Below, one piece after another: positions 51,642-64,000 of a stretch of DNA of 64,000 bases; position 1 is the stretch's first letter; every line of letters begins with the position of its first letter. Below the pieces are notes generated by a model. The model did no database searches. It saw only the letters and a list, made by a program, of their open reading frames with translations, and was not told where the DNA came from. This stretch comes from Podarcis gaigeae (lineage: Eukaryota): the NCBI GenBank assembly GCA_964106915.2, contig OZ066916.1; one strand, given 5' to 3'. The position numbers and the translations under genes are program-made.

Positions 51642-51680
<39 letters not shown>
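51642..51680. repeat. (AAT)n microsatellite
   Basis: Seen directly. Confidence 0.97.
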
Positions 51681-53725
51681 CCATGCTCATTTCGCTCTGT
51701 ACATTCCACCCTCAAACCTGTGAGTGAATGCATTAATGCATTAATATAATGAACCTGCAGCGTAATGTCTGAATCAAAAGCAGAGTTATCTTTTGGTATA
51801 TTGCTCAACTCTTTCGTTTGTAAAGCTATTTATTAAAAAGAAGGCACTGATGAAGCTAGTGTCTCGGATTGGCCATCTCCTTATGTTAACTAGCTTTGGA
51901 TTCAAGCTACTGTATTCTGGTGAAAAATATGCAAGGTTCCTTATCAAAAGAGACACCCAGTTTTTCTTCAAAGGCCATACTGCAGTTTCAGTATCAAACG
52001 CGGGGGTTAGTGCTAATAATTAGAACCAGAATTTCTCACCCATTTTCTTTAGACCTTTCTGCAAACAAGGACTTCCATCATTAATTAAAAAAATATAATC
52101 ACTGGGCTTTGGCACTCAATTATGTCCAGAAACATCTGAATAATGAAAAATTGTTTGCCAGTTCTAAATATGGCTCTAGTTTTGAGCCCTAAAAATTCAG
52201 GTGTCACGTTGTAAAATTGTGTTAATGCAAAATCTGAATTTTTCGTGTATTTTTTGTTTTCACAGTCTGAATTCGATTTGCATTAATTTTACATTAGTTT
52301 AAGATTGATGGGGCACTACCACAGGATATACCTATTTAACTATGAGAAAGAAAATGTAGTCTATTGTTTCATAGGTAAACAGAATTTTAGCAAGTCTGAC
52401 TTTTCAAACTCTATAGCACTTTGCCAGAATCCCTGTTATAGCCAGCAGTTAAAGTTACAGGTTCTACAATGTTGAAAAGCTGGCTATCCTGGCATAGAAC
52501 TATACTTTAAACCTTGGGAAGGGAAACTGTGGCTCTCCAAATGTTGCTGGACTACAACTCCCATCATCCATGCATTGGCCATGCTAATTGGGACTGATGG
52601 GAGCTGGGGTAAAAAAAACAACAACCTAGAGTCACAGGTTCCTTACTCCTAACTTAAGCAACAGTTTGAGCCATTTTGAATGATTTATTGTTCTGGGTTA
52701 GTACAACATAAATCATTTGGCTGAATCAAAAGCATTATTTCTGGTAGCAGTGCATAGGTTCAGAATAGAACATGATATTTCTTCCTGTACATCATAATTA
52801 ATTGTACCAGCCACACCTAATGATGCTCACTAGTTTGATTCTTATTGATGTTATCCACCTTGGAGATTTCTAATGAAATGGAAAGGATGGTTTAAACCTC
52901 TCAATCAATAAGAAATAAAAAATAAAACACTTATGTAACTTACTGGTCTTTTCTGTGAATAAAATAAAAACACCTGGATTATTCTTCTTGGTAGAAGAAT
53001 GTAAAGTAGCATCCACTTAGTGACCTGGCCATGCACATCAGCAGATAGTTTCCTGAACATGGTGAAACTGACTGCCTCGAGCATTTCATAGGTGATAGCA
53101 GTAATATGTTAAATTGAAATCTGTTACTTTACGGATGTTGTTAGTGTTGTAGAGAAGCTTAAAAGACCCAGTTGAATGTGCAAGGCAGCTTTTAGAATTT
53201 AAATTGCAGACATGAGAAATGCAAAGATTACAGCATCATTTGTGCGAATGACCATAGAGGGTGACTGGCAATACATGTAGAACAATTGCTGCGAGAAGAG
53301 CTAAAGGGTGTAAGGGGACACAACAATTACATGGAGCCTAAAAACATCTGGCAACTATGATGTGTACATCTATCAGCACAGCAAATTTGCAATTAATTGT
53401 CCTAAAGATGGATGTTTGAGGAGGCGGCAAAAATTGGCCTGATATGCTGTGTCAAACATTTCTGCCAAGCTTCTTTTAATGCTAATAAATCATAAAATGT
53501 GGCCTAGACAAGCTTTTTCATATTTAAAATGCCTTCCCTCCCCTTTTCTACTTCTATGGGGTATTCTGATTTAATTTCTGTATGATAATGTTACAGTCTA
53601 GAAATTGCCATCCGTGACCCCACATACTTGTGGATCATGTGGTAGACAGCAGTACAGGCTTAACAGGAAAGCTAAGATTTAGAAAGGGTGGATGGAAACA
53701 TTTTTATTCAATATTCCCTCAGGGG

Positions 53726-53783
53726 CCTCGGTTTAAGAACGGACTTCCAGAACGGATTAAGTTCGTAAACCGAGGTACCACTG
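53726..53783 (-). mobile_element. Tigger-like MITE terminal fragment
   Basis: TTAAGAACGGACTTCCAGAACGGATTAAGTTCGTAAACCGAGGTACCACTG-TA, homologous to 28145-28194. Confidence 0.85.
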
Positions 53784-54715
53784 TATCTAGAAAATTTTAA
53801 ATGGATTTTTTTAAAAGAAAAAACCCAACAGAGACTGGGTGAAATGTGGTTCAATACATACTCCAAAGTGAAAGCTTAGTCTGAAAAGCACAGCTTTTCA
53901 CCTTTAGGCAAGGTTTATAGCTAAGATGCTACAAAAGCAAATATATTCTGTGAGCCTGTTCATATTGCCCTGACAGATTGTAATTTGTATTTACCAGTTC
54001 AATATATTAAAATAAAATGCAACCTTCTCCCTTAAAAAAAAAGGTTTTGAACAGAAGAGGTCCTTTAAGTAGGTGGAATATTGAAATGATGAAAAAATGT
54101 TTTAAAATTCTTCATAGAATAATCTAAAGGAGTTTTATCAGAAAGAGATAACCCATGGTCTATGCACATATTTTAAGAAGAAACATTTGGAGGAATATTA
54201 CAATAAATGGCAAAGAGTGCTATGCATTTATTCACTTCCATTGGAATAAGCTTTCTCAATTACCGGAATGAATATGTCCCCAGTTTCACTGTATCTTTCT
54301 CAGCCACTAAGTGTATTCCAAAGGTTATTGAATGCATGTAAATGCAAGCTCTGAAACACACAAAAGCTCTAAAGATATTCCCTCTTCATCATTCTAAAGT
54401 TCCCCAAAGACTTAGGCATTTTAAGGCAGAGAGACTCAATTTTAGTCAAAAGGATGCAGAACCAAAGCAAAGACCCCGAGCTAAAGCAGAGAGTGGGAAA
54501 CCTGGGGTGGGGTGTGGGTGTGGCCAGATGCACCCCTCTAGGAATTTCTATCCAGTCCTTGGTACTTTTCCCAGGCCACGTCTCACTTCCCTAGTCCCAC
54601 TTTCTTTCCCCGGACCAGCCCTCCTTAGCACCCTCCTTAAGAACTCTGGCCTGGCTGGCATTATATCCTTGAGTTGTGAATGTGAGTCTTGCTTGCCTTG
54701 ATGGAGGGTGCTGAA

Positions 54716-54717
<2 letters not shown>

Positions 54718-54761
<44 letters not shown>
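54718..54761. repeat. (GT)n microsatellite
   Basis: Seen directly. Confidence 0.97.
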
Positions 54762-54764
<3 letters not shown>

Positions 54765-57700
54765 CCTCTAACTTTTGCATGGGTGGAATGTAAAAAAAAT
54801 CATATCCATTGCTCCTCTCTCTCTCACCTCTGGCCCCCACCCCCCACTGGTGGTTGCAGGAAAGTTGTCCTCAAGGGAACATGGTCTTCACATTGAAAAT
54901 GGCTCCCCATATCTGTCTAGAAGTCTTTCTGTTTCACTGTGTTACAATGGCAATCACTCAGTTTAGGTAAATGTCGCAAGTTAGCAATCCACAGCAACAA
55001 GGATTTTGTAGCTACCGTGTCTAGAATGCTGACACGCTCTTCTCAAGATGGTACTATGAAGTTTTCAGGTTGCAAAATGATTGCCTTTAATCTTTAATAT
55101 GGTTAAACAGCAGGAGGTAAATAGACATTTGAACATAGCTTTGCTTTTTATAAGTGGCATTTAATATGTTCAGAATCTCCTAGACAACGTCTCTTCTGTC
55201 CGATGCTTTTGGCTTTTAGGGTTTTAATTTGTACTGTATGCTAGTGGAAATAATGGAAAGTTCAGAAGATTTCCTTAGAGGGAAGTATGGTGTCTTGAGC
55301 CGGACCATCTGCTTACAAAATGCAGAAATAATTAAAGGACACATTTCACCAGGACCTTCTTTCATGAAACGAATGGGAGGTGTGTACGAAGCAGCATCTC
55401 TTGTGCAAGTGCTTGCTCAGAAAGTGTTATCACTGGATTGTGGCCAATAACAGATCTTTACGAAAGAGAACTATGACTTAAAAAATGAAAACAAATGTTA
55501 TTTCCCCCTTCACATTTGCTATACAGCTGCCATAGCTGCACCTGGCAAACTGCTTTAACAATTACTTCCTCTGCTCTGGGAAACCTGGGAACTGTAGTTC
55601 TGCGAAGACAACTTGGGAATGCTGGGAATTCTTAGCATCCTCACTAAACTCCCATTTTCAGAATTGGAGCTCTTATACACATTTGCACTGTACATACAAC
55701 AGGTGATTTAGAACTTCCCCTGTGCTGCTGGAAAATCAGCCTGGGGTAGTATTACAGAAATTTGATCACCTTGTGAAACTAATACTCTGTTCTGAAACAT
55801 CTGCTTCTAACCATGGCATTTTATATTATTCCATGATTGCTGTGGCCATACAAAAATGCAGTTCTGCAGGTCAGAGCTGGTGGGTAGGAACAGAGCCGTC
55901 CCAGCCATTAGGCAGGGTGAAGCCACTGTCTCAGGCCACTTCATTGGTTATTCTTTGACCCTGACTTGTGGCTTACTCCTTACACCTGCTTCCTGGCTTG
56001 TCCTTTGGTTCTGGCTTCTTTGCATGTCCTCACAATGAGTGTGTACTATAGTTCCTGGCTCACCTAAGTCAAAAGTAGCACTCATACCTTTAGTATTAAC
56101 CTTTAGACTCATGCCCTTTAAAACATTGCTCTTTTTATTTGAAAAAAAGCAGGATGAATTTCTAGCCTTACTATTCAGCTGTAAGGCTCCCAAGGAGAAA
56201 ACTTTTGTTAAATTACTGGTTCCTTCTGAACTGAATGCCCATGGGCTCTTGAAAACAGTGTGTATCTATTTTTTTGTTCCTTTGTTTCTTCATTAAAAGA
56301 ATCAAGGTCTCTTGCCCCTGAAATGAAAAAGGAAAAATAAAATAAACCCACAACACGATCACAGTCTTTCGCTGCACACCAGTTTTGTGCTGATAGAGAA
56401 CTTTAGCTATCATGCTGTGTCGTTCTGAACTAATCCTCCTTGCTAAGAAAACTTTGATAGATTTCAGCTTCCTTTTATTTCCCACCCAATAGCGATCATT
56501 GTGGCGCAAAATAATTTTGGAGGTTCTCGGGTAAGAAAAAAAGTGCTATTAAAGTAAGCTTTATTGATCTCTGTTGCAGGAGGTCTTATCACAGCTGACA
56601 CCATCTGCGACTGCAAAAATGGCTTTTAACCAACCATAGAATAGTTAGTGCATTTAAGTGAAGATGGGCTTTTTCCTCCTTTTAAAGAATCAGATACAAC
56701 AAACCTATCCTGGTGTGAAATTATAGATTCAAACGACTTGAAATTTATTTCTTTAAAGTTCATCCATTATTGTATTCATTTTCTCTCTCATCTTATTTTG
56801 ATTTCTGAGGCTTCTTTAAAAAGAAAAGAAAAAGAGGATGGGAAGAACTTAAAAAGTTAATTCCAGCTTATTGCAAACACATGGGATGCCTTTGTTAGGA
56901 CGAGGAGGGTGAGCATATGGGAATTCTTCAAGGCTGCACTATACCATATGGCACATTATGTCTTGTGCACTGCATTATACTTCAATATTCTCCACCTAAA
57001 TGGAGTACTAAATTTGCAATAAGGACGTCTTTGCTCTTTCAGTTCCTCAAGAAGTTGTCTTGCCTTAACTCTTATATGCATTCAGGCTTTGTGAAAGGGA
57101 CTGCTGTGGAACACTGCCATGCTCTAGGCACTATGCAGAGCATAGGTGATGTGGCACACATCCATTTTGGAAGTGACTTCTGTCGGACAAGGTTCACAAA
57201 TCTTTTGGGCCCTGTGCGCACATAGGAAAACCAGAGAAACTGTTGCGGGCACCACACACCCCTCACAATGAAGCACACACTGCAGCCTGTTCCATGGGCT
57301 ACAGCTAAATACTGCTTTCACTTTGAAGTTCATCTGGAGGGTGTGGTGGGGAGAGGACACTGGGGGTGGCAGGGAGGCCTCTCTTTTCTCATGTGTGCCT
57401 GTTGATGCCATGTCAGTTCTGCCTGCTGTAGGCCACTGGCCTGTGAAATGCAGTTTAGAATATTACTGATTCACTCAACCGCATTGCCATGACAAGTCAT
57501 GTAACTTTTTTCCATTTTCCATGAACCAGAAGGCCGCAGATGTTGTCCGGCAAAACAAATCTCTAGGCAAGCTTAATGAGACAAATGACAAGTCGTTATT
57601 GAGGACACTAAAGTTCCCCAATAAAGGTTGGATTTCTGCTCAAAATCTATTAGGGCACTTTATGTCCTTCTCTTTCATAGCCTTCGAATCCTTCCATAAA

Positions 57701-58109
57701 AAATGTGTTTACTGCTGTCTTAGATGATGAAGTCAGATTTAAAGGTGTTAAAAAAAGTTTTCCAGAGCATTTTTCCTCTGTGTTTTTGTTTCAGATTTTA
57801 CTGCTTTGAATGCAAACACAGATGAAACTAAGTATGAGTCGTAACCAGAAGGCTTGTCTTAAAAGATGATGCAGTTATACCTTCCCTTAATGAAATAAGA
57901 TGTTACTTTCTCAAAGATAGATGGCTTACATTAGAACCATAAAATCAATAGGAAGGTCATGAATCCCAGTTCTCTGAATCAAGGTAACTTTCTTTATGTT
58001 GAAACATCCCAAAGATTGTAAAAAGAGCCCCGTGCGGGTCAGTACAAAAGCCTACATAATACAGTAGGCAGTAGCCAACAAAAAGGACAAAAGCCTTCTC
58101 CCACTGTTC

Positions 58110-58612
58110 GTTTATTTATTTAATAAACTTATGCCTACTTTTTCAGAAATATTCTTTACAAAGCAGCTTACACTGTGTTTAATTTTTTAAACAAGCATTA
58201 TGATACATAAAAGACAGATGGAGAGGAAACTTTTATTCCATAAATTAATCAAATGAATAAAACAGCAAAGCAACATTAAAACCCAGAGCCACACAAAATC
58301 AGTTTTTCCAGATACCCAGTTACTCCAGTTACCCACTAAAAGCCACTGAGAGGAGCTGGGTCTTCCATGCCCTCTTAAACATTGCAAGAGATGAGGCCTG
58401 TCACACTCTGAAAGGGACAGAGTTCCACAAGAGAGGTGCCACAGCGGAGAAGACTTTATTACAGGTGGTCAGCAATCTTAACAGGTGGACACCTAAGCCA
58501 AACTTCTGATGTTGATCTCGTGGAATGGGCAGGTTGACATGACAGCACACCTTCAAGTAGCTTGGGCCTTCAAGTAGCTTCTTCAAGTAGCTTGGGCCAA
58601 AACCATCTAGGG
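58110..58612 (-). mobile_element. L2-clade LINE 3' remnant
   Basis: VFSAVAPLLWNSVP matches the L2 C-terminal motif AFS.AAP.LWN.LP, followed by a UTR ending in an (AATA)n tail near 58110-58125. Confidence 0.7.
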
Positions 58613-58619
58613 CAAGGTG

Positions 58620-58835
58620 GTGTCCATATTTGGTAGACTATCATAAAGAACTATAATTTCCAGAGTTCTCTGGGAAGAGAAATTCATCCACTCTAGGAAC
58701 TGTAGTTCTGTGAGGGAATTGGGGTTCTTCTGAGAACTCCCAGCATCCTTAATAAACTACAGTTCCCAGGATTCTTTGGAGGAAGCCGCAACTATTTAAA
58801 GTGATATGATGCTGCTTTTGATGTCTGGTGCAGAT
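58620..58835. mobile_element. Palindromic MITE (GGAACTGTAGTT...AACTACAGTTCCCAGG family)
   Basis: Internal inverted repeats. Related copies at about 46510-46660 and 55545-55665. Confidence 0.6.
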
Positions 58836-60891
58836 GATGTCCATGTGTCAGCATCTAGCACCTTGCAGTTAGACAAATATCAATATTGTAAAGACATTTG
58901 TGATCATTTGCTAGACCAAAATCCAATAACCCAACTGAATCACACAGTTGTCTTTGACATAGTAAAGTCTTCAACACCTTGCCCAGTTTTCAAGCATAAA
59001 GCTACTTGTGTGAAATTCAAACTGAAAATTCACTCCAACACAGAAAACAGCTTTCACACAAGCACTTCCACCTCTCATCAGCAAATACCTGTAGAGGTAT
59101 GACATTTAGCCCTGTGGAAGACAATGGAAGGACCTGGTTGACTTTGCTGGTGCTGGTAACTTAATCAGTGAATTGAGGCAACATATTTCAGAGATAGGGC
59201 GGTGCTTGCTTCCGTGCAAGAGACAAATAGCATGGACAATATAGGCATATTTTGCTCACTCAAAAGAGGCCAGCTGAAGAAGAGATCAATATGTATTTGT
59301 AGAAGATGCTTGCCAATACAGCACTAGTTCTTCAAGGGATCCCAAGCAACCAGATGCTGGGTGGTCTCAGAGTTGCTAATGTCAGTTTCAAATAAGCAGC
59401 CCCACCTCAGACACCCCCCTATGTTAAGGAAGAAGGAAAAGCATGTTGCTAAGCAACCACAGCACCCTGTTCTACTTACTCAGCACCTTGGCGAAATGGA
59501 TGAGCTTAATATGGTACACATTTTATGAAAATGCTATAGGTGGGAATAGAAATTCCCTTGGGACAGTGATTAATCTGGTGTGTCTGTGTGTCTAGAGCTT
59601 CCCTCCCTGTCCTGATAAGGCCATGGAAATTGAAGTGCAATATACACCGCCTAGCTGATTTTCAGTCATTTTGAATTTCAAGTCCTGAACCTCTTGGTTT
59701 ACCTCATTATGAACTATTATTATTATTTTTTAAAGACTCATCATGCTGGTATTTCCCATGTAAAATTGGCTGCTTAGTTGGGCATACAGCTATGGGAGCA
59801 AAATTTCCAATTTCTAATTGCACTGTGCACTCCAATTATGCTTATAATAGTGCATATATATATATATATATATTCATTTGAATGTGAAGTTTTCCCTTTG
59901 TGATGAAAACAGAAGCCTTTGGAAAACTAATGTGTTTATTTATGTAGATGCCAGGATGCATTTATGGAAAGTGCTTTAACTCCAGCGATGCCAAGGCACT
60001 CTGCCCGAATGAGCCTATAGCAGTCTGTGTTCTGAAGCTGCCATCTCCCAAACAAAATATGTCTCCTAAGAACAGTGAAAATGAAATAATGTTTCACTAA
60101 CCCCATGTGGAAGAGGGTGGGCAATAGCTCAAAAGAAAGATATTTTGGAATTTTATACAGTTCAAATAGTAAATGAACCTGACACTTCCCCAGAATTCCG
60201 CAGATAATGGCTCTTTAAGTACCTTCCTTATGAGGTCCTAGAGCAGCTCTTTCTCTTAATGTAATTTTCTTAAAAGCCATATTTTGAGCAGGAAAAATTA
60301 TACTATTATTTCATTGTTATGACCATCAGCTTCAGGATAAGCTTTGCTGCCTCCCATAAAACTGCCTAGAATAAAGTATATTAACTCCTGGGGAAAGTGT
60401 AAATTTTCTTATAATTACAGATTGATTCTGGTGTTCTCACCTGCTCTAAGGCACTGGGAGTCAGCAGGGGAAAAGAAGAGGACGACGCGGCCAGCGGTGA
60501 CTTTGCAACAGTGGAAAAGCAGGCAGCCACAACTCTCTTGGCGTTGTCGCCTTTCTCCACAAGCAAGCTGTTGAACTGAAGGTACAAAGAGATTGCTCAC
60601 CCCCAGTTTCTTGAGGCTGACAAAAGATGATGCATCCTATGATCTTGCCCCCAGTGTAACCCTGGAGGAGGCTAAGTACAATGCTAAGCAGCAGCATAGC
60701 TCCTGGTAGTAGTAGAGTAGTAGAGTTATGCAATTCCACATTCGTAGTGGGACTGGTGCCAGAGTTCGTGTTGCTGGGCATCTGCTGTGGTCTGTACTCC
60801 TCATTTCCAGGGCCTCCTCTGCCCCTCATCCTCCTTGCTATTGCTTCTTGTTTACCTGCCCTCTACGAAAAGGCAGTAAGGAGAAGGAGTA

Positions 60892-61106
60892 CAGTGGTAC
60901 CTCGGGTTAAGAACTTAATTCATCTTAACCTGAAACTGTTCTTAACCTGAAGCACCACTTTAGCGGGTGGGGCCTCCTCCTCCTGCTGCTGCGCCACCGG
61001 AGCACGATTTCTGTTCTCATCCTAAAGCAAAGTTCTTAACCAGAGGTACTAATTCTGGGTTAGCGGAGTCTGTGACCTGAAGCGTATGTAACCCGAGGTA
61101 CCACTG
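60892..61106 (+). mobile_element. Tc1/mariner (Tigger-like) MITE, intact ends
   Basis: TA-CAGTGGTACCTCGGGTTA...TAACCCGAGGTACCACTG-TA, perfect 18-bp TIRs. Confidence 0.93.
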
Positions 61107-62859
61107 TAGTAGGTTTTGCATGCCTTGTCCTCTAGCTCCATGTGCTGGTGCTGAATGGACCCAGAATGGGAGGCAAGCAAAGAGGGCATGGCAATAGTAG
61201 GAAGGAAAAGGGGCAAACTCAGGGAGATGGCTCTTAAGAGTATTTTGCTCAAGAATCCGCAAAAAACTGGAACCAGCAATATGCTCTAGCATGCATTCCC
61301 CAAATTCACACACTACGCAGTCATTATGTACCATGACGGGGAAGGTAGCCCATCTAGGAGAAGGAAACTCTGATCCTAAACTTCTGCTGCCTTGTGGCTG
61401 TACTCATTCATGATAATTTGTAGACTTAGGCTGCATCCAGACAGCACTTTATTCTGTTTTCCTGCTCTCTCTTTACCTGAGCATTTCTGTGTTTTATGTG
61501 AAAGTCTTACACCTTGTAAAAGCCACTTCCGGAAATCTAGTGGAATCTAGTGAAAGGCTAGCATTCATTTCTGTTTTGATTATTTCCAGAAAAAAGTCCA
61601 TTTGCAAATCCATTAACTTGGGAAATTGTAGAAATTTTGCATTGCTGAAACTTGGGACACTATTCTGGCATACAGTTATTTCCCACCATTTAAAATTTAG
61701 CATGACACATTGGTATAAGGATCAAAAAGCCACTGTTGCATAATGCAATGCTTGCAACCAAATGGGATTGCATGACAGAGCCAGTTGCACGAACTGGTAG
61801 TGCCACAAGAGGATAGGCGTGTTGCAATGAATTTTCATGAACACATAAAAAAATAATAAATTGCAACCTGATTCAGAAATGTGGCAAACTAATTTAATAT
61901 TTGGAAAATGAGAAATGGAAAGAAACCAAAATGGGCAGATCCATCCATCCCTGATGTGATCATCCTGACAACCTGTGAAAGGACCCACGGCCACCCTGTA
62001 ATTTGGCAGCAGCTCCACCTGGAGGTGCCAATCCATACACAATCCACACTCCCACAAGCCGCCACGTGAACGCCTAAGAGCATCGGAACCTCAGCATTTA
62101 ATTCATAACCTACCTCATCAATTTAAATACCAACTTTCCCTGCAGACTTTGCTACTGTGCAGCAACTTCCTGTGCAGAAAATGAGTTTTTGCTGTTCTGA
62201 ACAAGATTAGCGAATCTTAAATCAGATATGCTTGGCCTATAATGGACTTGGAAAGCTTATAAATACATTTTCATTGCAAACATTGCTGGCTGACAAATGT
62301 CAGTTTTGCAGCAGGTTTGTAGGGAAATGAAGAATGTATCATTCAAGGAGGGCTCTGCTGCCGGTATGATCAACTCTTAAAAGCAAGCTGAGACCACCTT
62401 ATCTGAGCCCTTTTATTTATTTTCTGACTGGGCTCTCCCAATCTGTGATTTTCTTCTGGAATGCTTGGTTTGTATGTTATGAGCTGTAGCAAAGGTTGTG
62501 TTTTCCTGAGTATGTTGCAGGTTGATTGGACTGCAGAAAGTGCTACAGATAGAGGGTGCTCTTTTCCTAAATCAAGTTGCATCCAGCAAATGTATACCTC
62601 TGACTGTCAAGGAAGTGAGAGAAGCCCAAAGCCAGTGCATTCTTGGGAAATATTGTCAACAAAAAATGTTGCCTTCTGTGTAGGAAGGCAACATAGTAAA
62701 TTACCTAAGACTTAACCTCAGTTAAGGTAAAGCTGCTGGCTTGGCATGTGTGCAGGAGTTTACTACGTAAGCTGCATGTTTCATTGCAATCCTGCAAATA
62801 TCTCAAAAGAAAGGCTTCTATACTGAGTGTTGTAATAAAAGGGCTCTACTGCCTAATCT

Positions 62860-63090
62860 TCCTGCCAACCTAGCAGTTCAAAAGCACGTCAAAGTGCAAG
62901 TAGATAAATACGTACTGCTCCAACAGGAAGGTAAATGGCGTTTCCGTGCGCTGCTCTGGTTCGCCAGAAGCGGCTTAGTCATGCTGGCTAAGCTGTACGC
63001 TGGCTCCCTCGGCCAATAAAGCGAGAAGAGCGCCGCAACCCCAGAGTCGGTCACGACTGGACCTAATGGTCAGGGGTCCCTTTAGCTTTA
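62860..63090 (+). mobile_element. Sauria SINE, 5'-truncated
   Basis: Same subfamily as 10100. 14-bp TSD CTA(C/G)TGCCTAATCT at 62846-62859 and 63091-63104. Small internal deletion after ATGCTGGC. Confidence 0.93.
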
Positions 63091-63905
63091 CTAGTGCCTA
63101 ATCTAAAGCATCTTAGTGGCCAGTTCATATGAATGAATGAATTAATGTATAGAATTTGAAAATGTTAGCAACACCACTGCCCCAACTAGTATGTCTTTTG
63201 AACCTGGTCAGCAAGCATATTTCTAAAGAGGGGCACAAAGACTTCACTTACTCCCATGTGAGCTAAGGGCACTTTCAGACGGTCACTATTTTCCGGTGTG
63301 ATTCAGTCACCTGAAAACATTATTTCATTACTAGGTTGAACAATTAGAGTCATCTAATTAACTTTTTTTTTTGCAAAGCAGTTTGCCTTAATATGCTTTT
63401 TTGGTATGTTACTTTAGCCAATACATGAATTTTTGCACACATTACTTGGCTGGAGAACTGCATTGCAAAATTCAGAGAAGTGTGAATTTCAAAGGATAGC
63501 TGTGTTTCAGTCTGCCTTTTGTTTGGAAAAGTGTGTATTACATATATGTGAACTGAGTTCAGTTTCTCGCCTATCCCCTGTCCCCTCCCCAGAACAAATA
63601 ATAGTTCTTCTCATGTGCAAAGTCAGGCTGTAGTAATCTGTCAGCCTTATGACAAAAGAACCTGAAAGGAACTGATGGAATATCTAATTTTAAAGTTGAT
63701 AAATGTACGAGTTGATCAGGAAGGTACCTGGATATTTGAGGAGAACTGATAAGATGCATAGGAGTCTTCTGATTACACACAGATTTCATTTAAAACCTTG
63801 TTTGTAGCTGGGGCTGTTTATAAAACACAGCGGGATGCCAAGGAACAGCTTTCCAGTCTGAACAAATAGATCAAACAAGCCTAATAGTAAACAACGTGTT
63901 GAGTG

Positions 63906-63908
<3 letters not shown>

Positions 63909-63963
<55 letters not shown>
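63909..63963. repeat. (AC)n microsatellite with one interruption
   Basis: Seen directly. Confidence 0.97.
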
Positions 63964-64000
63964 TTACTGACAATCTCAGAAGGATTACAGCAGGAAGTTT

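Noticed and set aside
60640-60720. Faint resemblance of LLLSIVLSLLQGYTGGKIIGC to pannexin TM1 or a GPI signal
   Set aside because: Too short and compositionally driven to assign a family. Kept only as an unassigned exon candidate.

Overview
Vertebrate nuclear DNA from a squamate reptile, most likely a lacertid lizard (Podarcis-type Sauria SINEs, Squam3-like SINEs, BovB, CR1 and L2 relics). The only gene I can support is the 5' half of MAP3K7 (TAK1) on the minus strand: coding exons 1-6 (7881 down to 923) with GT-AG boundaries and consistent phases, driven from a CpG island at about 7.75-8.8 kb. The gene continues off the left edge. The remaining ~55 kb is upstream non-coding DNA, consistent with the MAP3K7-EPHA7 gene desert known from amniotes (synteny is inferred). 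It holds SINEs, LINE fragments, MITEs, microsatellites, a 200-N assembly gap and several repeat-poor, motif-dense blocks that look like enhancers. I found no convincing new protein-coding system. The best leads are a near-perfect 105-bp fold-back duplication with template-switch scars that fuses the promoter edge to a Tc1/mariner-type MITE, several unusual retrotransposition junctions, candidate enhancers (one with a perfect PBX-MEIS decamer), and some purine-rich exon-like minus-strand segments that might be an unannotated or decayed transcript. Repeat family names come from recognition by eye, not from a database search.
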